Below, piece by piece: positions 59,901 to 64,000 of a DNA stretch of 64,000 nt (position 1 is the stretch's first letter; each line of letters opens with the position of its first letter). Location: contig JAUPSS010000004.1 in NCBI GenBank assembly GCA_040285825.1, positions 248,001-312,000 on the forward strand. The letters are read 5' to 3'. Made by a program: the position numbers and the translations under genes. The stretch comes from Eukaryota sp. TZLM1-RC (Eukaryota; Protista; Metamonada: BaSk clade). The notes under the pieces are model-generated. The model was not told the origin of the DNA. It searched no databases and saw only the letters and a list, made by a program, of their open reading frames with translations.

Positions 59901-62855
59901 CACCTCATAATCACTTCCAATCCTCTGATCCTTTATCCTGGCACCACGAACCAGTTCAGCAAGCTGAGACTCCTCTAACTGTAGGAAATGCTCAAAAGGA
60001 ACACCTCCTTGCTCTAAACGAGAAAGAATGCCATCTGGGATAGCTTTGAATTGACGTAGAGGAGATTCAACTGACCAAGTTTTGGAATCGATGGACTTTG
60101 CCAGTTCCAACAACAAAAGACTAGCTTGTGACCATTTTCTAAATAAGCAAATAGAAAACAAAGCTCTGAAAAGCCTCATTGCTGATTGGTGAATGTAAAC
60201 CATATCAGCATTAACCGCGAAACCTTCCAAAGGCAGATTGGAAATGTAAGCTTGTAACAAAACATTGATCTTGGCTAGTCTGGCTGTAGGTCCTGTTAAT
60301 GAATCTCTAACGGGAATAGGGCAGAGTTCTAGAAGTTTCTCTAATTCAATCACTTCTTCGTTGCGAATGACAATGTTCTTAAATTCGCCAGCAAGGGAAA
60401 AGATTCTAAATACATCCATAATGGTGATATCTTTGTGTAAGTGTTCGTTAAACGTCTTGACAGTTTCAAAATCAACATAGAAATGAGCAGAAACTCTACC
60501 CAATTCAGTAGAAGTAATAGCTCCTGATTGTCTGTCATAATTGATTAATAAATAATGGTCAAGTAAAGTCAATGCCTGGTCAATCAAATTCTCCTTAAAC
60601 TGAGCTAATGACGTGTCAGAAGGCACCTCATAAACCGTTGGAGATTCACCCAATCTAACATTGAAGTAAGTAGAATTCAACCACTCAACGGCTTGAGAAA
60701 AATTAGAAACAAACCCCAAAACTACCTCAGCGTTTAAAACATCTGGTAATCTTGATAATAGTTGACTCTCAACTGGTAATTGTTGGTTTAAAAGGGACAG
60801 GTAGAGTAATAAATTATGATGTTCTGTAATCACAATGCCTAAACCAGTGGTGTCAAATGCAGGCCTCCCCGCCCTACCCAGCATCTGACCCAAATCCAAG
60901 GATGAAAGCTCTGTCCATTTACCTTGATCCGCAGAATAAACCTTGGTGGATTTAATAATTACGGCATAAGCAGGAAGATTCACTCCCCAGGAGAGGGTTG
61001 CTGTTGAGACCAAAACCCTTACATGACCATCAGAGAAAAGATCTTCGACGGTGTTTCTATCAGAACGGGAAAGTCCTGCATGATGAATGGCAACTCCAGA
61101 TGGTATTAAACCTGCAAGTGATTGATTAATGATTGATTGAGATTCTGATTGTAATACTTTTCTTGAAAAATCTGTTTCCCTATCGGGTAACAGTCGTTTT
61201 ATACTGCCATCTTCCTCCATTCTCTTAACAATCAGCTCCCCAACTCTGACCGTCTCCTTTCTTGAGTGTACAAATACTAATACTTGTTGTCTACTATCAT
61301 CACCAGCAGCAATTTCTCTGACTTTGGTGTAAGCCACCAAATCTTCAAGTTCTCTCCTTCTGAGAGGTCTTTTTTCCTTTAAACCTACAAACTGAGTTTC
61401 TAAAGGAACCGGTCGAAAAGAAGGATCAAAAACAAAAAGACCACGGTCAGAAACCCGAAGAAATGACGCAACATCTTGAAAATTCGGTAGTGTTGCTGAC
61501 AAACCCACCAATCTTATAGAAAGACCTGATTGGCCATTGAGCCGATGAATTCTGGTGACCAAAGACTCTAAGACTGGACCACGCAAATCATGTAACAGAT
61601 GAATTTCATCAATGATAACACAGCCGTAATTACTGGCGAATAGGGCTTCACCACTTTTTCTGGTAATGACATCCCATTTTTCAGGGGTAGTGACAATAAT
61701 ATTAGTTTTTTGGATTTGTTGACGTGACATGGTGACGTCACCAGTAAGTTCAGAAACGGAAAGTCCAAAATCAGCGAATCTGACTGTGAAAGAGTTGACC
61801 ATTTCAGCCACTAAGGATTTCATTGGAGCAACATAAACTACTTTAACTTGTGAATAATTGAATCTATTCTCATTTAATTCCCTTATTCTACTCAATTCAG
61901 ATAATATAGTTAAAACAGCCACGTTAGTTTTCCCGGCCCCGGTTGGTGCGCACAAAAGGATGTTATCACGTGTATTTAGAGCTGTATTTTTGACCTTTGA
62001 TTGGACAATGTTGAGTGTTTTCATTCCTTTAAAAGCAGGAACCATCCATTGAGGAAACACACTTCCATCAGAAAGTTCAATCAATCGCTCCCCAGGTTTT
62101 AAACTGGGGGTTTCCCTTGCTGGAATGTGAATTTCTTCGTAATCTTGGTGCGGGAATCGTGAAGAGCCTTGGGGAAGGTCTACGTCTGTTGGGATTATTG
62201 GTTTAATTGGAGTAAATCTAAAGGTGTGAGTGAGAGAAGAAACTGATTTAGTGGTGACGTCACCACTCACGTCACCAGTTTCCGTTTCAACTTCATCCAA
62301 GACAACTTCCTCCATTACTTCCCCTTCCATATCTTCTTCTTCCTCCTCATCAATTGAGTATGCAATGTCCTCGTCAGCTGTCTCTCCCGGAAAGGTGGTG
62401 GGGGTAAAGTCTGTGAGGAGGAGGGAGAGTTCGGATAGTGTGCGATAGTCTTGATCAGATATAGGACCTAAGAGTTCACTAGTGGAGTCTCTTCGTTCTC
62501 TGTCTGAAATAGCTGATGATTTAAGTATAGAGAGCGACTCTTCAGCTGCAGCATATAGGGTTTCAGATGGTAGATCTCCAAGAATTGTAGTGATAATGTC
62601 AAGGAATCGACGATATGCGGAGGCTGTGGCTTCAGTAGCGGGGTGATAAACACCCTCAGCTTGTAGAAATTGGGAAGTTGGTTGGGGTTTAATGATGGGT
62701 GCTGATTTTGTCTCTGGACCACCATAGAAAGCTCTAGAGCCCATTTCCTCAACGGAAATCTTTCCACGAAGAGAGGATATCTCAGGAACATCCTTGTCGA
62801 CCTTAGGACGGTCAGAAGTTTGAACTATAAGAGAAGGCTGATATCGAGGGTCCAT
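56946..62855 (-). CDS. BRR2: U5 snRNP 200-kDa helicase Brr2
   Basis: 1969 aa; APTGAGKT, DEIH, GLSATLPN, QMLGRAGRP, two helicase-Sec63 cassettes, ENWWL...SDSYIGCDQE terminus. Confidence 0.96.
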   Translation of the reverse strand: MDPRYQPSLIVQTSDRPKVDKDVPEISSLRGKISVEEMGSRAFYGGPETKSAPIIKPQPTSQFLQAEGVYHPATEATASAYRRFLDIITTILGDLPSETLYAAAEESLSILKSSAISDRERRDSTSELLGPISDQDYRTLSELSLLLTDFTPTTFPGETADEDIAYSIDEEEEEDMEGEVMEEVVLDEVETETGDVSGDVTTKSVSSLTHTFRFTPIKPIIPTDVDLPQGSSRFPHQDYEEIHIPARETPSLKPGERLIELSDGSVFPQWMVPAFKGMKTLNIVQSKVKNTALNTRDNILLCAPTGAGKTNVAVLTILSELSRIRELNENRFNYSQVKVVYVAPMKSLVAEMVNSFTVRFADFGLSVSELTGDVTMSRQQIQKTNIIVTTPEKWDVITRKSGEALFASNYGCVIIDEIHLLHDLRGPVLESLVTRIHRLNGQSGLSIRLVGLSATLPNFQDVASFLRVSDRGLFVFDPSFRPVPLETQFVGLKEKRPLRRRELEDLVAYTKVREIAAGDDSRQQVLVFVHSRKETVRVGELIVKRMEEDGSIKRLLPDRETDFSRKVLQSESQSIINQSLAGLIPSGVAIHHAGLSRSDRNTVEDLFSDGHVRVLVSTATLSWGVNLPAYAVIIKSTKVYSADQGKWTELSSLDLGQMLGRAGRPAFDTTGLGIVITEHHNLLLYLSLLNQQLPVESQLLSRLPDVLNAEVVLGFVSNFSQAVEWLNSTYFNVRLGESPTVYEVPSDTSLAQFKENLIDQALTLLDHYLLINYDRQSGAITSTELGRVSAHFYVDFETVKTFNEHLHKDITIMDVFRIFSLAGEFKNIVIRNEEVIELEKLLELCPIPVRDSLTGPTARLAKINVLLQAYISNLPLEGFAVNADMVYIHQSAMRLFRALFSICLFRKWSQASLLLLELAKSIDSKTWSVESPLRQFKAIPDGILSRLEQGGVPFEHFLQLEESQLAELVRGARIKDQRIGSDYEVGRKLLQYIRYIPRLKIEASVQPITRGSIKIDLSLIADFDWSDDIHSRSEPFWIFVTDSDEELVVHSEFYILSKRFSNDESLFSFRVPLIEPLSPHYFVHLISDRWLGSKTTLTLSFRSLLLPSKFNPLIEELPLEKLPTSMVKMSVENTNLNQYRELIGDFFSFSSFNAIQSQCFDSVFNTNNSVFVSAPSGSGKSVLAELSIFKEMVNNDKFGSIKIICLMNSEEVFDRVECWSQKFKNFGLSVGCLTGDVITDSFVNVNILISTPQNYQSFSSKWKRRSDYSNIGLIIFDGLDYLLNYDHNTEIIINNIKLLLKTKPRIIALSDCTANGTEIAHWLGIFDTKTHQCVFPYSQGARIPDLSVSMVTFDELFPNIRVLAMFRPCFLSICRDFKEFGSGKTVVFVPSSKLAEHCARALLTFASTAHKPDLFQQKSMDGSIIELVNTDLTRLVGSGVAFYHENLTMSDKKGIQSLFNSNQLGLLVVSVEESFVASSKFNSKYVYILDTVKFDGRARRFIDYSNQNLSKMMGTAGSQESSSDLTAKLYIYCLRSKKDQLEMFNLESSPPIESNLDQSLTDYLNYQLIGKVVENREESIKILEPSLLLARLLKNPNYYGLTDTSEESVSDFLSELIDESLETLSESSFIAQKEDKLIPINNSVIASYYCTFVSTIQSFSTILTSSSRVFACLEALGASEEVSRVVVRHEEDENLRELNSKIPFPQKGSLTDGTSKILVLLQARMFRIELEPVLQQDLNLIFPILINLVHCMVDFLASSGWLIPSLAAMEISKFACQRIFIDQNNPTSPLLQIPFFSQERIDLLLEHYHCTNQLIIKGIEIDSPLVIGDLEDEDRSILFDGFNDSELAVIAEFCNSFPSIEVECAESLQVKSSTQSSFKVTLFRESPQLFTNVLGDLPYKKVENWWLLLGNRETNTVYAIKRVAFQESIDVELKFIAPSNKGHFNWSLFVVSDSYIGCDQEVDIGVVVE

Positions 62856-62943
62856 TTGTTGTTTTAGGGCTATGAGAACTGGAGGTTCCTACAATGAAAA
62901 TTCAATCTCATTCTCCAAACGATTTTTTACACAATATCTCAAC
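62856..62943. promoter_or_regulatory. Probable bidirectional promoter between BRR2 and RPB11
   Basis: Head-to-head genes 88 bp apart; no motif identified. Confidence 0.5.
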
Positions 62944-63264
62944 ATGGAGCAACCACCAATAGTCTTTACTCCAGACTCTGAGATACATAATGCAGCATTA
63001 TTTACCTTGTCCAACGAAGACCATACTCTAGGGAATCTCATACATGACCACATTCTCAATAACAACAGAAAAGTTATCTTTTGTGGATACAGGGTACCCC
63101 ATCCTTATGAAACACAAGTAGAACTGCGTATAAGAACAGCGGAAAACCAACCCTATGGTCCGGATGATGCCTTTATGGAAGGTATTGAACAACTTCTCCA
63201 TGACGACATTGCGAGAATCATTCTTGAAACACATGGTCTAGTTGACGTCAGTAGAAGGGATTAA
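62944..63264 (+). CDS. RPB11: RNA polymerase II subunit RPB11 (AC19/RPAC2 not excluded)
   Basis: NAALFTLSNEDHTLGN...FCGYRVPHP...YGPDDAF; start placed at the second Met. Confidence 0.82.
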   Translation: MEQPPIVFTPDSEIHNAALFTLSNEDHTLGNLIHDHILNNNRKVIFCGYRVPHPYETQVELRIRTAENQPYGPDDAFMEGIEQLLHDDIARIILETHGLVDVSRRD

Positions 63265-63812
63265 GTTGTTGTTTGATCTCTCAAGGGCTTTTGGTCCACA
63301 TTTGTAGGTTATGCTTATGTGAGTAATTTCATTAAACTTGATGATGTTGATGATTTGATACAGAAAACTTTATTACAATCTTTTACTGCAACTACACGTT
63401 GTCGCACGTTATCACATTGTTATATAGGAGGAGTTATATAGAAGTTGAATCTTTGTTGTTGAGGATTTCAGTGGAAATTTGAACCAGAAAAGATGGTAGT
63501 AAGCGCAGTGGTTCATTTTGAAAAAATTTTGCTATATTTAAGTCATTTCTAATTATACTTATCGAGAAACATTGTGTTAAGTGGGTATAAATTCGTTGTT
63601 TCGACACCAATTCATCTCCAGTTTCAGGAGCATCAAAATAGGGAGAATGTCATTATACAGCCCAGATTATATGCCCTTCATAACTGATTTGCTTCTGGAG
63701 AGAGATGACTGAAGCATTTTAATAAATAAATAAATTGGAGAAGAAACACAGCTTTTGATAGGAGATTTAAGATTTCAGACTTAGCTAAGGAAAATCATTG
63801 TTCTCTTACATT

Positions 63813-64000
63813 ATGCGAGTCCTTCCCTTTCTCTGTGTTTTGATGGTCACTTATGCGTGCTCACATCATCATAATAGCCATCGTGGTCAAAATCGACACC
63901 ACATTCACCAGCACAACTCATGCAACTGTGCTGCTGATCAGGACTGTGCGTGTACTCTCCCTACCAAAGTTCTCCCTGCTGATGATTCGTCATCATCCAT
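63813..64000 (+). CDS. Secreted His/Cys-rich protein, 5' part (runs off the window)
   Basis: MRVLPFLCVLMVTYA signal-like, then CSHHHNSHRGQNRHHIHQHNSCNCAADQDCAC; open to window end. Confidence 0.6.
   Translation, partial: MRVLPFLCVLMVTYACSHHHNSHRGQNRHHIHQHNSCNCAADQDCACTLPTKVLPADDSSSS

Overview
AT-rich eukaryotic DNA, probably from a flagellated protist (it has Brr2/SNRNP200, RPB11, a FAM166-like ciliary protein and a 28-nt spliceosomal intron). A large part of the window is nested, mostly decayed retroelements. These include about ten CRE-like RT-RLE non-LTR copies or fragments (three with readable TSDs, two nested in other CRE copies) and a degraded Ty3/Gypsy gag-pol. There is also a chromodomain-bearing LTR family (TGTAGG...CCTACA) and a short-LTR family (TGTT...GGCATCA, 4-bp TSDs). 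The short-LTR family includes a very young 1.1-kb gag-only element and has a 12-bp palindrome where a tRNA primer site is expected. Host genes include an MLKL-like four-helix-bundle/kinase/RCC1 protein, two 8-TM paralogs with one-sided hypervariable loops, a ricin-B lectin with Q/G repeats and a giant carboxypeptidase-regulatory-like repeat protein with a higher-order repeat. Also present are a Sel1-like protein ending in CCCC, a BTB-ALK/LTK glycine-rich fusion, and a truncated Fanzor1 (eukaryotic TnpB) followed by an omegaRNA-like structured tail. All calls are by eye; no database searches were run.
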